64,000 nt of DNA from an uncultured Acidobacteriota bacterium (GTDB lineage Bacteria; Acidobacteriota; UBA6911). The DNA lies in contig CAWHCF010000045.1 in the NCBI GenBank assembly GCA_963827655.1, forward strand, positions 32,001 through 96,000. The letters run 5' to 3'. The notes below the pieces were generated by a model. It was not told the origin of the DNA. It worked only from the letters and a program-made list of their open reading frames with translations, and did not search any database. Each line of letters opens with the position of its first letter. Within the stretch, counting starts at the first letter, position 1. Both the position numbers and the translations under genes were made by a program. Positions 19,612 through 30,898 of the stretch are shown one piece after another.

Positions 19612-19940
19612 TTGGAGTGCGCAAGCTTGCTTAGTACTGCTGTTAGCAATTAACGGTGACGTATTTTGGCAGTTGAGGCCTGAAAGGCCGACAGAGAGTA
19701 GGCCCGGCCGTAAGGCCGGGATTAGACGTGCATGAAGAAGAGCGCCGAAGGTGCGACACAGCCGGAGTGCCGGTCCTTCGGACCTCGTTCAGGGGCGTCT
19801 TGAAAACCCCGCCCTGACGGGCGGGGCTACTCACTGACGGGCCTTCGGCCCTAGGCGACAACACAGCCGACTCCTACCGCTCTGCCAAATACATCACCGT
19901 ATTTATGAACCAGCCAACTTAGCAAGCTACCGCACTCCAA
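19612..19940. mobile_element. Nested palindromic non-autonomous element (REP/MITE composite)
   Basis: Outer inverted repeat ttggagtgcg..agcttgct / agcaagct..cgcactccaa; middle inverted repeat 19653-19672 / 19882-19900; six inner GC-rich hairpins. Confidence 0.75.
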
Positions 19941-20077
19941 GGTCGCCCGTGAAATGTCCAAACTCGACGGGCCTGCGACAACAAGCTCCCGACCTTCGTC
20001 ACCTTGCAACCTTTCTGGCGCCGGTGGGATGTTATAGTGTTCCGTTACAGGTGGGTCAAAGGTTCTAGAGGGGAAAA

Positions 20078-20455
20078 ATGAGTCCTGACGACTTCCGCCG
20101 TATTGCACTGGGAATGGAGAACGCCATCGAGGGTGCGCACATGGGACATCCTGACTTCCGGGCCAACGGCAGGATCTTCGCAACCATCCATCCCGATCAC
20201 AAGTGGGGAATGGTCAAGCTCACACCAGACCAGCAGCATGCGTTCGTGCGTGAGAATCCCGCGGCCTTCACTCCCGAAAACGGCGCCTGGGGACGCGCCG
20301 GATGCACGAAAGTGCGGTTGGCTTCGGTAGACGAAGATACGCTTGGAGAGGCGATGACGCTTGCATGGCAGAACAGTGCCGCTGCGAAGCGCCCCGCTGG
20401 ACGGACGAAGGCCAGGCGCGCAACCCGAACGATTCGGCCATCGCGGAAACGCTGA
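20078..20455 (+). CDS. MmcQ/YjbR family DNA-binding protein
   Basis: FRRIAL....EGAHMGHPDFR...IFAT and GAWG..G.T.V.L motifs. Confidence 0.9.
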   Translation: MSPDDFRRIALGMENAIEGAHMGHPDFRANGRIFATIHPDHKWGMVKLTPDQQHAFVRENPAAFTPENGAWGRAGCTKVRLASVDEDTLGEAMTLAWQNSAAAKRPAGRTKARRATRTIRPSRKR

Positions 20456-20460
20456 CCAAG

Positions 20461-22263
20461 ATGAAACGCCTGCGCGAGCGCAACGAGTGGAAGTTCTTCG
20501 CGGTCCTGGCGAGGGCCGACCGCGGCCTCGCCCTCATCTGGTGGATGATTCTCATCCTCCGGGGCGTGCTGCCGGCCATGTTCGCCATCGCGATGGGCCT
20601 TGTCGTTTCTAGCGTCCAGGGCGGCGGCAGCCTGGCCGTTCCACTGTTCTTCACCGGCGTCGTCTTCCTGTTGCTCCAGATCCTCACGCCAATCCACCAG
20701 GCTGTTGGCGCCAACCTTGGCGATCGCACCTCGGCCTGGCTCTATGACCGGCTGACCGAGGCGTGCGTCCGTCCGCGCGGCATGGGCCACCTCGAGGATC
20801 CGAAGCTTACGACCGACCTGACGGTCGCCCGGGACTTCGATCTTGGCATCACGGGGCCGCCAATGTCGATCTCGATGGACTTCATAGCCGGAGGCCTGGT
20901 CGAGATGATTGGCGGCCTGACATCAGCAGCCGTGCTCGCGTGGTATCGCTGGTGGGCGCCGCTGGTGCTCGCGGGCGCGTGGCTTGCGACGCACTGGTTG
21001 CTGCGTGAGAGCGCGGTCTGGCGCGATCGAAACACCGACGAGGTGCGCGCAGCCCAGCGCGACTCGGAATACGCGTACCGGCTTGCCGTCGATCCGCCTG
21101 CTGCCAAGGAATTGCGGTTGTTCGGTATGGCGGGCTGGGTCATCGAACGCTTCGTCGGCCGGCGTACCCGCCTGCACGAGCTGCAATACGAAGCCACGCG
21201 CCTGCGTGAGAAATCCGTCCTGTCGAGCCTCCTGCTGGTCGTGGGCGCAAACGTGGTCGTGTTCTGGTCGCTCGCAAATGCAGCCTTGGATGGCCGCCTC
21301 GATCTGGGAGCGGCAGTGATGTTCGCTCAGTGCGCGCTCGGCACGGCGATGATTGCCTTCGGCGGGCTCAATTGGGCGCTTGACGGCGCGGCCGCTCCGG
21401 TGGGCGCGGTGCTGCGCCTCGAAGATGCAATGAGCGCCGCGGGCGCCTTGAAGTCAGGCGCGCGGCGGGCCGACGGGATGCCCCGTGGGTCGATCCGCTG
21501 CCGCGACGTCACTTTTGCGTACCCGGGTGATGGCGCTGCGCCAGTCCTCAAGGGATTCGACCTCACGATTCCGGCAGGATCGTCCCTCGCCATCGTCGGC
21601 AGGAACGGCGCCGGCAAGACTACGCTCGCCAAGCTGCTGTGCCGGCTTTACGATCCGCAGTCCGGCGCCATTGAGGTCGATGATGTCGATATTCGCGACT
21701 TCGATCTCGAGAGCTGGCGGTCGCGGGTAACCGCCGTCTTTCAGGATTTCATCCGCTTCGAGTTGCCGCTGCGCGACAATGTCGCACCCCAGGGCGCGCC
21801 GGACGACAAGGTGCTGGCTGCGCTCGAATCGGCCGGCGCCGCCGGGCTCGCCGAGCTCGACACCGTGCTGGCGCGAGGCTACGAGCGCGGGACTGATCTA
21901 TCCGGCGGGCAGTGGCAACGGGTCGCGTTGGCGCGGGCACTGTGCGCAGTGCAACTCGGAGCCGGCGTCGTACTTCTCGACGAGCCGACCGCACAACTTG
22001 ACGTGCGCGGCGAGGCCGAGATTTTCGATCGGATCCTTGACGCCACGCGTCACTGCACCACGATTCTCATCTCTCACCGGTTCTCGACTGTCCGGCACGC
22101 CGATCGTATCTGCGTTCTCGAAAACGGAGCGGTGATCGAACTCGGCACACACGACGAGCTCATGGCCCTTGGCGGCCGCTACCGGACGATGTTCGACTTG
22201 CAGGCCCAGCGCTTCAGCGCGACTGAGGACGAGGAAGGCAAGACATATGACGCCCTCACCTAG
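20461..22263 (+). CDS. ABC transporter, fused permease/ATP-binding subunit
   Basis: TM domain followed by GRNGAGKT, LSGGQWQR, LLDEPT and ISHR. Confidence 0.93.
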   Translation: MKRLRERNEWKFFAVLARADRGLALIWWMILILRGVLPAMFAIAMGLVVSSVQGGGSLAVPLFFTGVVFLLLQILTPIHQAVGANLGDRTSAWLYDRLTEACVRPRGMGHLEDPKLTTDLTVARDFDLGITGPPMSISMDFIAGGLVEMIGGLTSAAVLAWYRWWAPLVLAGAWLATHWLLRESAVWRDRNTDEVRAAQRDSEYAYRLAVDPPAAKELRLFGMAGWVIERFVGRRTRLHELQYEATRLREKSVLSSLLLVVGANVVVFWSLANAALDGRLDLGAAVMFAQCALGTAMIAFGGLNWALDGAAAPVGAVLRLEDAMSAAGALKSGARRADGMPRGSIRCRDVTFAYPGDGAAPVLKGFDLTIPAGSSLAIVGRNGAGKTTLAKLLCRLYDPQSGAIEVDDVDIRDFDLESWRSRVTAVFQDFIRFELPLRDNVAPQGAPDDKVLAALESAGAAGLAELDTVLARGYERGTDLSGGQWQRVALARALCAVQLGAGVVLLDEPTAQLDVRGEAEIFDRILDATRHCTTILISHRFSTVRHADRICVLENGAVIELGTHDELMALGGRYRTMFDLQAQRFSATEDEEGKTYDALT

Positions 22264-24043
22264 GAACGAACTGCCGCCCGGGCTGTCGTCGATGTGGCGT
22301 CTGTGCAAGCTCGGCTACCGGCACGAGCCGCGACTGCTGCTGGCTTCGTTCCTGATTTCTCTCCTGGCGGCGTTGCCGGACTCGCTGGTTGCGGTCTGGC
22401 TCAAGGTGCTCGGCGACGGCGTACTCCAACAATCTCGCGGTCGTGTGCTCGCCGCAGCGGTGGGGCTCGGAGTCTCCGCAACCGCCACCTGGTTCCTGCG
22501 AACGGTCAGCACGCGCGTGCAGCGGCGTTTTCGCGACAAAGTCACCATCGTGCTCGAGTCGCATGTCGCCAGGCTCCAGGCGTCGGCCGCGACCATCGAG
22601 CACCAGGAGCGGCCCGAGTATCTCGATCGGCTCGCCATGCTGCGCAACCAGGTATTCGTGCTCGACCACATGTATATGTCATTATTCTCGACCTGTTCCT
22701 GGATCCTGCGCCTTGGCGTCACTCTCGCGCTGCTCATCGCTATTCATCCCGCGCTGATCCTGCTCGCTGTCTTCGCGCTGCCAACCGTGTGGACGTCGAC
22801 GTGGCGTCCCGCCGTCGAGCGCGCGGCATGGGAGAGCCGCGCGGCGGCAAATCGTCTGGCGCGTCATCTGTTCGTTACTGCCACGACTGCCGCTCCGGGC
22901 AAGGAGGTGCGCGTCGCCGGCATCGGTTCGCGTTTGGTCAGGGAACGCCGCGCCGCTTGGGAGTGGTGGTACGCAGGCGTGTCGAAGGCGCGGTGGGGTT
23001 CGGCGATGTGGCATGCCCTTGCGTGGGCCGTGTTCGGTAGCGCTTACGTGGGCGCGGTTGTTTTCGTGGCGAGCGGCTTGCGATCATCTGCCGGCGACAT
23101 CATGCTCGTACTGGCCGCGGGCGCGCGTCTGTCGGCGTATATCGGCGCCACGGTGGGTGAGATCGGATTCCTGCGCGGTTTTTGGATGGATGGATCCAGA
23201 CGGCTCGCCTGGCTCGAGGACTACGTCGCGTCGTTGACGGCATCGGCCGATCTGGCAGTACCGGCGCGGCTGAGCGAAGGCATCCGTCTGGAGAAGGTCT
23301 CTTTCGCTTACCCCGGCACCGAGCGCCTGGTGCTCGAGGACGTATCGCTGAAACTGCCGGCCGGAGCGGTCATCGCCATCGTCGGCGAAAACGGCGCCGG
23401 GAAGACCACACTGGTCAAGCTGTTGGGCAAGTTCTACGAACCCTCATCGGGTACGATCTACATCGATGGCCAGCCGCTGGCGCGCATGCCCGCCGACGCC
23501 TGGCGCGAGCGGCTCGCCGGCGCGTTCCAGGACTTTTTCCGCTTCGAGTTCCGCGCGCTTCACAGCATCGGGGTAGGTGACGTGCCGCGCCTGGACCATG
23601 AGCCTTCCGTGACCGCAGCCGTCCATCGCGCCGGCGCCGCTGATGTCGTGTCGAGCCTCGCCGCAGGTTTGGAGACGCAGCTCGGTCCGACGTGGCCTGG
23701 AGGCGTCGAGGTGTCCTTTGGCCAGTGGCAGAAAATCGCGCTGGCGCGCGCCTTCATGCGCGACCGCCCGCTTCTGCTGGTACTCGACGAGCCGACCGCA
23801 GCCCTCGATGCCGAAAGCGAGCACGCGCTGTTCGAGCGCTACGCTGCCGCCTCAGGCGCCGAGCGAACGGACGGCCGTATCACGATTCTGGTCTCACATC
23901 GGTTCAGCACCGTTCGCATGGCCGACCTCATCGTCGTCCTGGACGGAGCGCACGTGGTCGAGGTCGGTTCACACGACGAACTCATGGCCAGGCGCGGTCT
24001 GTACTCCGAGTTGTACGGCATCCAGGCGGCCGCCTACCGGTGA
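22247..24043 (+). CDS. ABC transporter, fused permease/ATP-binding subunit (probable heterodimer partner)
   Basis: GENGAGKT, degenerate signature VSFGQWQK, VLDEPT and VSHR; overlaps the upstream stop. Confidence 0.93.
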   Translation: MTPSPRNELPPGLSSMWRLCKLGYRHEPRLLLASFLISLLAALPDSLVAVWLKVLGDGVLQQSRGRVLAAAVGLGVSATATWFLRTVSTRVQRRFRDKVTIVLESHVARLQASAATIEHQERPEYLDRLAMLRNQVFVLDHMYMSLFSTCSWILRLGVTLALLIAIHPALILLAVFALPTVWTSTWRPAVERAAWESRAAANRLARHLFVTATTAAPGKEVRVAGIGSRLVRERRAAWEWWYAGVSKARWGSAMWHALAWAVFGSAYVGAVVFVASGLRSSAGDIMLVLAAGARLSAYIGATVGEIGFLRGFWMDGSRRLAWLEDYVASLTASADLAVPARLSEGIRLEKVSFAYPGTERLVLEDVSLKLPAGAVIAIVGENGAGKTTLVKLLGKFYEPSSGTIYIDGQPLARMPADAWRERLAGAFQDFFRFEFRALHSIGVGDVPRLDHEPSVTAAVHRAGAADVVSSLAAGLETQLGPTWPGGVEVSFGQWQKIALARAFMRDRPLLLVLDEPTAALDAESEHALFERYAAASGAERTDGRITILVSHRFSTVRMADLIVVLDGAHVVEVGSHDELMARRGLYSELYGIQAAAYR

Positions 24044-24399
24044 CCTTATCGGAGGGTTGGTTAGCTTCCCGTTACCGCGCGACTGGATGATTCGTGAGAG
24101 CGGCTTGATGATGAAGCCCACCGCAGGTTGGACAACTACCCACATCATTTTTCATTGTCGCTATGGCTTGCCTGACCAGCTTTAATGGCTCAAGCCGTTT
24201 ACGGCAGTTCCGTTCGAGGTCGACGCTCGACGAGAAGTCGAGGAGCAAATCGCAGAAAAGAAGGTCAAACCGCGTGAATCATGTTCTCCTTCGATCAATC
24301 CGCAGCGTGTCGCCACAGCACAGAAGCGCACTTTCAACCCTGATGTCCGACATCAGTTCTCAGCCCGATTTTCCGAGAGGATTGCAATCGTTGCCGCGC

Positions 24400-24879
24400 C
24401 TACTCCCAGTCGGGAGTCGGCCGCTCTTTCAGCCAAAGAATGAAATCCATGTTCGGGGGCGTACCGCCCAATAGTCGGAGTCTTGTTGCGCACTGGGCAC
24501 GATGACCATGGCTGTGCATGCAAACCTGCATCAGCGCCTGGGCAACCGAACAACTGTGGCCGGGGAGGAAAGGCGTCTCCAATACGCGCGCTAGATCAGG
24601 TTCCCGAACTTGAGATACCCACTCCATCTCCTGCGCGTGAGTATCCCGATACCGAGCCGCGATAGCCTCGAGCGACTCCGGAATCCGCGATTCCTCTTCG
24701 ACCGCGAACGGAAGCCCGAGGATCAACAGAAGCCAGAACCGGTTGGCCAGGATGATATGATGAAGGGTCTTTCGCAGTTCCACGTCTTGAGCAGCCGCTT
24801 CATTTTGCCGAATTGCCTTCACCAGCGAGGCATTCGCATATCCTTTGTGATGTATCAGCTCTTGTAGCATTTCAAGCAT
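24400..24879 (-). CDS. DinB family protein
   Basis: HKGYAN, LHHI and HSHGHRAQ...LR..G..PP..DF motifs. Confidence 0.88.
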   Translation of the reverse strand: MLEMLQELIHHKGYANASLVKAIRQNEAAAQDVELRKTLHHIILANRFWLLLILGLPFAVEEESRIPESLEAIAARYRDTHAQEMEWVSQVREPDLARVLETPFLPGHSCSVAQALMQVCMHSHGHRAQCATRLRLLGGTPPNMDFILWLKERPTPDWE

Positions 24880-24921
24880 GATCGTTATTTTACCTGAGGT
24901 TGGGTTCAAAATAACCTGACC

Positions 24922-25232
24922 GACCGGCTGAACTTCACGATCCGACAGGGCTCCGCCTGTCTTTTTCGGCGGATGATCTACCACCGGGATGGAAGGAGCG
25001 TCTCGAAGATCACCAGGAGTTGCTTCGCTGCTACCCACTACGACTTCGTGAGCCTCACAGGGCGTTGAAATTCGGTAGCGAGATGAGGACACCAGCGATG
25101 CAAGCGGGGCTGACCACCCGACGGCTCACGTTAAGGGAGATCTTCCCGTCAGCGATGGTTCTTTCGATAGCGGAGAAAGTTATGTTCGGACCATCGACCG
25201 TTTGGTCATTGTCGACGAGACGCGATGCCTGT
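24922..25232 (+). mobile_element. IS1-like transposase, C-terminal remnant
   Basis: Frameshifted reading DRLNFTIRQGSA...WKERLEDH.ELLRCY...PHRALKFG.E.RTPAMQAGLTTRRLTLREIF; related copy at 53037-53241. Confidence 0.7.
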
Positions 25233-25237
25233 TGAAA

Positions 25238-25321
25238 CACGGCGCGTTGATGCTCGGATTTACTGCCCTCAGTGAACGAGAAATACTCGCGGCTGTGCGC
25301 TGCCTGAGAATGGCGCTTTGC
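25238..25321 (+). pseudogene. MocR/GntR-PLP regulator C-terminal remnant
   Basis: HGALMLGFTALSEREILAAVRCLRMAL resembles the MocR C-terminus (GL.LGF....E.EI..AV..L..AL). Confidence 0.5.
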
Positions 25322-25468
25322 CGAGGTTCATGGCGAGGGTGGCGACCGTGAGCATCGTGAAGAACGGGCGATTGCCAGTTCAGCGCCGTCCGGTAAAAGC
25401 AACTCACGGACACGTAGACGCCGGCATTTCTCGCGCAGGGCTTCAGCGGTCTTGCCGAAACTCATGAC

Positions 25469-28400
25469 TCAGAACTCCAGCCGCAAACCGAGGTTGATCT
25501 CGCGTGTCGCCGGCTCGCCGTTCAGCACGCGCGCCATGGAGCTGATTGTCCCCACGGTACCGGGCGCGCTGATGTTAACCGCTGGCACGGCAAAGTTGGG
25601 GTGATTGAGAGCATTCACCATGATCAGGCGAAACTGCAGTCGCGTATTCTCCCTCAGGGTGAAATACTTCCCCAGAGCGAAGTCCAGGTTGGAAATGCCA
25701 GGACCTTCAAGGATATTGAGCCCCGAGTTGCCGAATCGGCCCACGTTGGTTCGGGCGCTTTCCGGGCAGATTGGATTGCTGTCCGGGCACCCTGGAATCT
25801 TGAAGGCCGAGGCGTCGAACCAGCGACCGAGGGAGCGGTCGGCGGTGGGAAGGTTTCCATCGCCGATACGATCCGGCCGCCCTCCTATCGTGTTGGTGTT
25901 GGAAGGATCCCGGCCTGTAAACGTGGGATTAAAATATTGCCCGGATTGCAGGTTGACATTCCAGCTCGTTTGCCAGCCTCCCAGAAGCCCTTCGACCCAG
26001 CCGCTGGCGCCACTCAGGAAGCGCTGACCTCGTCCGAAGGGGAGGGCGTAAATAGCGTAGCCAAACGCGCGATGCTTCAGAACCAGTGCGTTATCGGCTT
26101 TCTCCGCCTGGCGGTCGTATTGGTCTTGAATCACCTGGCCGCCAAAGGAGGTGCCGCCTCCACCGGAGTCCTGAGAGTCGGTCAAGTCGCGCGCCCAGGT
26201 CCACCCGGCGCCGAATGAAAAATTCTTGCCGTACCTTTTCGTCGCCGAAACCTCGAGGCCATTGTAGAACTCGTTGCCGCCATTTTCCGTCCAGATGACC
26301 TGGTTGTACTGCGGGTAGGTCCTGCGGATGGCCGAGAACGGGATCGTGCTCGGCGGCGGCAGATTCAGATTACGCCGATAGGGCAAGTTCACGGTCCGGG
26401 TCCCCATATAGGAAACCCGCAAAGCCGTCTCTTTCACCTCCTGCTCGATCGTCAGATTCCACTGCTGCGTGTACGGGTTCTTCAGGTTCGGGTCCTTGCC
26501 CTGGACATTCTGCGTGCCGACTGCGCCAATGGCGGAGGTCAGGAACGGTTCGGGAAAGCTGAACAGAGGCACGCCGTTTTGATCGAATTGACGAAGGTGG
26601 CGCTGCCCGCAAAAGGCCCCCCTCCCATGTCCCGTGCCAACGGCCGGTAAATGAGGTTGCCGAAGATTCCATAGGCGCCGCGGATCACCATGTTCCCGCC
26701 GGCGAACGGTTTATAGGCGAAACCAAACCGTGGTTGAATGGAGTCTTTGGGAAAATCGACCAGAGCGTCCTGCGGATAGCCGGCCTGCGAAGCGGTCTGG
26801 ATGGGAATGTTGGTCGGGAAGTATGGATTGATCCGGTCGACGGCATTGTCAGGAATGACCAGGGCGCCGGTTTGCGGATTGAAGCTGTAGATCGCTCCGA
26901 ACTGGTGGTAGAACGGCCCGGCCAGTTGCCACCGCAACCCGTAATTCAGCGTGAGCTTGCGATTGACTTTGAACTGGTCCTGGGCATAAAAGGCCCAGGT
27001 GGTAGCTCGCAGGTAGCGTGGAGGAGTATCTACGGCCAACTCGGTGCTTTGCGGGATTCCGAGCAGAAAATCCGCGTAGCCAAAGTTTGTGTAGATCCCC
27101 GTAAAGTTATACCTGCCGTAGATCAAGGGGCTGATGGACGTCTCGTTCAATCGGTCCCGGATCACGTCGATCCCGAACTTCAGAGAATGCGCCCCGCGGG
27201 TCCAACTGAGGTTGTCGATCAATTGTATCGAGGTGCTGGGGTTATTGAAGGCGACGTCCGTCAGGAAAGGATCCACCGGGTCGACCCTGAAGATTGGTTC
27301 GACCGGGGCGCCGGTCGCGGTGATCCCCTTGATGCCCCATTGCTGTATCAGGTCGCTACCGATGGTGTCGTAGTGGTAGCTGTTGCGATGGTAGGTCACG
27401 CCGGTGCGAAACTCATTCAGCAGCGCCGGGGAGAAGGTGTGCGACCACGAAATGACACCGCTATGGCCATAACGGCGCTGCGGGTAGTGACCAATGGCGG
27501 GGGGGTAATCGACGCCGTCCAGAGGCATGCGCCGCCAACTCATACGGCCGAAGATCAGATCGCGCGAGCTGAGATTATAGTCGATGCGGCCATCGACCAT
27601 GTTGAAACGCGTGAAGCCGGTGGTGCCTACGAACAATTGACGGTAGTTTCCGGCTTGCAGGGTGGGAGCGCCGAAGTTGGGCAGCGGAAAGACCTCCTGG
27701 ACATTCTTCGAGACAGGGCTGATCCGACTGTCCGGAATCCGATTACCGGGAAAGGGAGTGGGCCTGCCGGTGGCGTCGAGATTGGTGGGATCGACAATCG
27801 TGGTTGCGAGGCCGCCGAAGTCCCCACTCCGCCACGGTACCAGCGGCACAGCGGCAGTCATCAGGCGACGGGCTGCCTCTCGCGAACCTTCGTAGTCGCC
27901 GAAAAAGAAAAGTTTGTTCTTCTTGATCGGTCCACTGAGGCTGCCTCCGAAGTTATTGTAAACGCGCAGTGGCCTCTCGGTGCTGAAGAAGTTGCGCGAG
28001 TTCAGCACGTGGCTATTGTAGTTGTAGAACATGGTGCCGTGAAAATCGTTCGTGCCCGATTTCGTAACCACGGTGTAATTCGCCGCCACGGCAAACTCTG
28101 CTGTCGGATTGGCGGTCAGGACGTTGACCTCCTGTATCGCTTCAAAGCTTGGCTGGACTGGACTCGCGCCTCCGGAGTAAGCCGTCACTGCAATGCCATC
28201 CATCGTGGGCAGAGTTCCAGACTGTGTCCGCACGCCGTTGATCACCGGAATGCTCGTCGATCGTAACCGAGCTGGTTCCCGTGCTGAGAAACGTGTAGGT
28301 GTAGAAGCCTTTATCAGCCGCGTGCCGGCTCATTTCCAACGGCAACTGCTGCAAGACCTGGTTCGACTTGACGTCGCTCAGGGAGCTGGTCTCCGTGCTG

Positions 28401-28771
28401 ATGGCAGGCGTGGCCGCCTGGACCTCCGTTACGGTGGCGGTGGTCTCCAGCTTCAGGCTGGCGTCTATATTCAGCACCTGGTTGGAGCTCAGCACGAGCC
28501 CGCTCCTCTCGTACGTAGCGAATCCCGTGGCGGTGACCGTGACCCGGTATGTTCCGACATCGAGGTTCGGCACATTGAACACGCCGCCAGAGCTGGTGAC
28601 TACTTTGCGGTCGAGCCCGGTGCCCTCGTTGGTCACGGAGACGGTGACTCCCGGAACGACGGCTCCGCTAGGGTCCGTCACTACTCCAGTAATCGAGCCG
28701 AAAGTGGTTTGTCCGGCGGCTTGGGAAACAAAGAACAGAAACATCGTGATCAACAGAGTGAGCTGCCTCAT
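25469..28771 (-). CDS. TonB-dependent receptor (Oar-like), two single-base frameshifts (near 28261 and 26577-26580)
   Basis: Three consecutive ORFs give signal peptide + GVVTDPSGAVVPG, then TKSGTNDFHG...LNSRNFF, then ...REINLGLRLEF. Confidence 0.9.
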
Positions 28772-29012
28772 TGAAGGCCTCCTCTCAGGTGGGATTCGGT
28801 TCTCATGTTCCAGTTTCTGCAAGTATACATCCGGTTGTCTTTTCGCTCCAGCCCCGAGAAAAAGTTGTCCGCCGCAAATTTGGGCGGCAAGATCATCAAG
28901 ACGGATCTGCCAACCGCGTGGCCGGCGTAAATTCGCGCCGGATCGGGTTTCACTGGCGCAATCGTCCCATCTCTTCTAAGATCGCCCGGGGTTTTTGACT
29001 GGAGGACGGAGG

Positions 29013-29579
29013 ATGATTGAAATCCGGCGCATCGGTTTCTTGGCCGACACCCACTCTCGCAAAGCGGATGGCAGCGATCTCCCTCAGCAGGCGCTGGACG
29101 CTTTTGCCGGTGTTGACTTGATAGTCCACTTGGGCGATATCGGACAGAAGGGTATCCTGGGCCGCCTCGGGAGCGTCGCTCCTGTGATGGTCCCGGCCGG
29201 GGCAAACCAGGGTTACATTCCGGTCGGTGGCGGGGGACCGGTCAAGGTGATCGAAGCAGGCGGGCTGAGTGTAGGGCTCACGTTCAACGTCACGCTGCCT
29301 CGCAAGGACATAGTTGTGGAGAAGGATGGCAGCCTGACGTTTCCCGAGACGCCGCTGGCGGACATCCTGCGCTCGAAATTCGCGCGGATGGTGGACGCCG
29401 TCGCTTACGGCGGCACGCATCGACAGACGCAGCTGGAGTACCAGGGCGTACTGTTCTTCAACCCTGGCAGCCCGACGCTGCCGTCCGACCGTCGCAGCGA
29501 CAGCGACCTTGGCGGCGTCGCTGTGCTGAACCTGACGGGCGGGAAGCCGCGCGTGGAACTGGTGCGGCTCAGCAAATAG
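29013..29579 (+). CDS. YfcE-like metallophosphoesterase
   Basis: ADTH, HLGDI, GGTH and NPGS motifs; the canonical GN.D and second H motifs are altered. Confidence 0.85.
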   Translation: MIEIRRIGFLADTHSRKADGSDLPQQALDAFAGVDLIVHLGDIGQKGILGRLGSVAPVMVPAGANQGYIPVGGGGPVKVIEAGGLSVGLTFNVTLPRKDIVVEKDGSLTFPETPLADILRSKFARMVDAVAYGGTHRQTQLEYQGVLFFNPGSPTLPSDRRSDSDLGGVAVLNLTGGKPRVELVRLSK

Positions 29580-29611
29580 TCGAACGGCATCGGGGCGACA
29601 TCGCCTGGTGT

Positions 29612-30898
29612 TCAGTCTTGGTGGTATTCGTTTCGCAGTGCGAATCTATAGTGACACCAGGAAAATCGAATCATTAGATGCGGGGGCTTGAATTCGACCA
29701 CGGCTGAAACGGCTGGCCCTTCCACTCCGGCCAGGTTTCGGGTCCGCGCCTCGAACCGGTTTTCCCCGGTCTGGAGGGTCCAGCGAGTACGGTCGCCGGT
29801 AAAAGGTTCCCACGGGCCCCCGTTGACACGGGAGAGATAGGTCTTGAAATTCGGCGTGGCGCTGCGAAGACGCACCTCGAGTTCCGCCGGCGCGATTTGC
29901 CGCGCTCGCAGATCCGGCACGCCCGGCGTCCACTCGATCTCGTGACGATTGCGTGTTGGGATAAAGGCGCTTGCGGCGTAGGCCCAGTGTTTGACGAGCT
30001 TGCCGCTGCCGCCCATGCGATACCAGGTCGTGTTCCGGAACGCGTCATTGTCTAAGATGAGCAGCCGGCTGCCTCCGCTCCAGTGTGGCTCCGTAAACGG
30101 ATTGGGACGCAGATAATAGGATGCCCACCAGTAGCTGCGGATGGTGCCTTCCGGAGCGTCGGGTTTCTCCATAGTCGCCTGACGCCGGTCGATTCCCTGC
30201 ATTTTCACAATCCCTTTTCCACCATCAGCCCGAACCGCCTCGTGGAGTTCCAGCGCCGAAAGCGGTATTCCATCCCGCTCGAAGTGGATATCGTATTTCG
30301 CGTCCAGCAGGACCCACTTCGCGTAGTCATTCGACCAGACTTCGTTTACGCCGTGGTGGATACTGCGACCCATGTCCTCATGGTTCCGGTCTACGCCAAG
30401 GTCCCGAACGACGTAGCCCATCGAAACCATCACGGCGTGCTGCACGGTCAGCGAATGCGAGCAGTGAAACCCGGCTCCGGTCTTTGCCTTCTCGAGGATG
30501 GCGAAGGCGTCCCCGCCCTCCTTCTGGTCGTTGTCGATCGGCCACCGGGTGTGTACCCAGTGCCGTAGCATCAACAACTTTCGGAACTCGTTTGGCTCGC
30601 CTGCGATGACTTTCTCAAGGCCATACTCGTCGCGAAGCCGCTTCAGGCGGGGATTGTGGTAATCCTCGATCGCGGCGAATACTTCCGGGGGGTAGAACCG
30701 CGGTCCGCTCACTGTCGCTCGCGCGATCGCCCCGGACGCTGATTCGATCTGCATCGGCCTTGGGTCCTGGGCCGGAGAATGTTTGGCAGTTTCGAAATAT
30801 GGAAGTGGGGGCCTGGACGAGACGACCTTTACCGCGCCTGACATCGCGATGACGCACACCGCCGAAAGGGTTCCGGCAAAGAGCCACAAGCGCTTCAT
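29612..30898 (-). CDS. Secreted transglutaminase-like domain protein
   Basis: Signal peptide; Cys (GFHCSH), His (HHGVNEVW) and Asp (WVLLDA) triad pattern. Confidence 0.8.
   Translation of the reverse strand: MKRLWLFAGTLSAVCVIAMSGAVKVVSSRPPLPYFETAKHSPAQDPRPMQIESASGAIARATVSGPRFYPPEVFAAIEDYHNPRLKRLRDEYGLEKVIAGEPNEFRKLLMLRHWVHTRWPIDNDQKEGGDAFAILEKAKTGAGFHCSHSLTVQHAVMVSMGYVVRDLGVDRNHEDMGRSIHHGVNEVWSNDYAKWVLLDAKYDIHFERDGIPLSALELHEAVRADGGKGIVKMQGIDRRQATMEKPDAPEGTIRSYWWASYYLRPNPFTEPHWSGGSRLLILDNDAFRNTTWYRMGGSGKLVKHWAYAASAFIPTRNRHEIEWTPGVPDLRARQIAPAELEVRLRSATPNFKTYLSRVNGGPWEPFTGDRTRWTLQTGENRFEARTRNLAGVEGPAVSAVVEFKPPHLMIRFSWCHYRFALRNEYHQD

Noticed and set aside
20461-24043. RiPP export cluster around the paired ABC transporters
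   Set aside because: No precursor peptide, modification enzyme or peptidase domain nearby.
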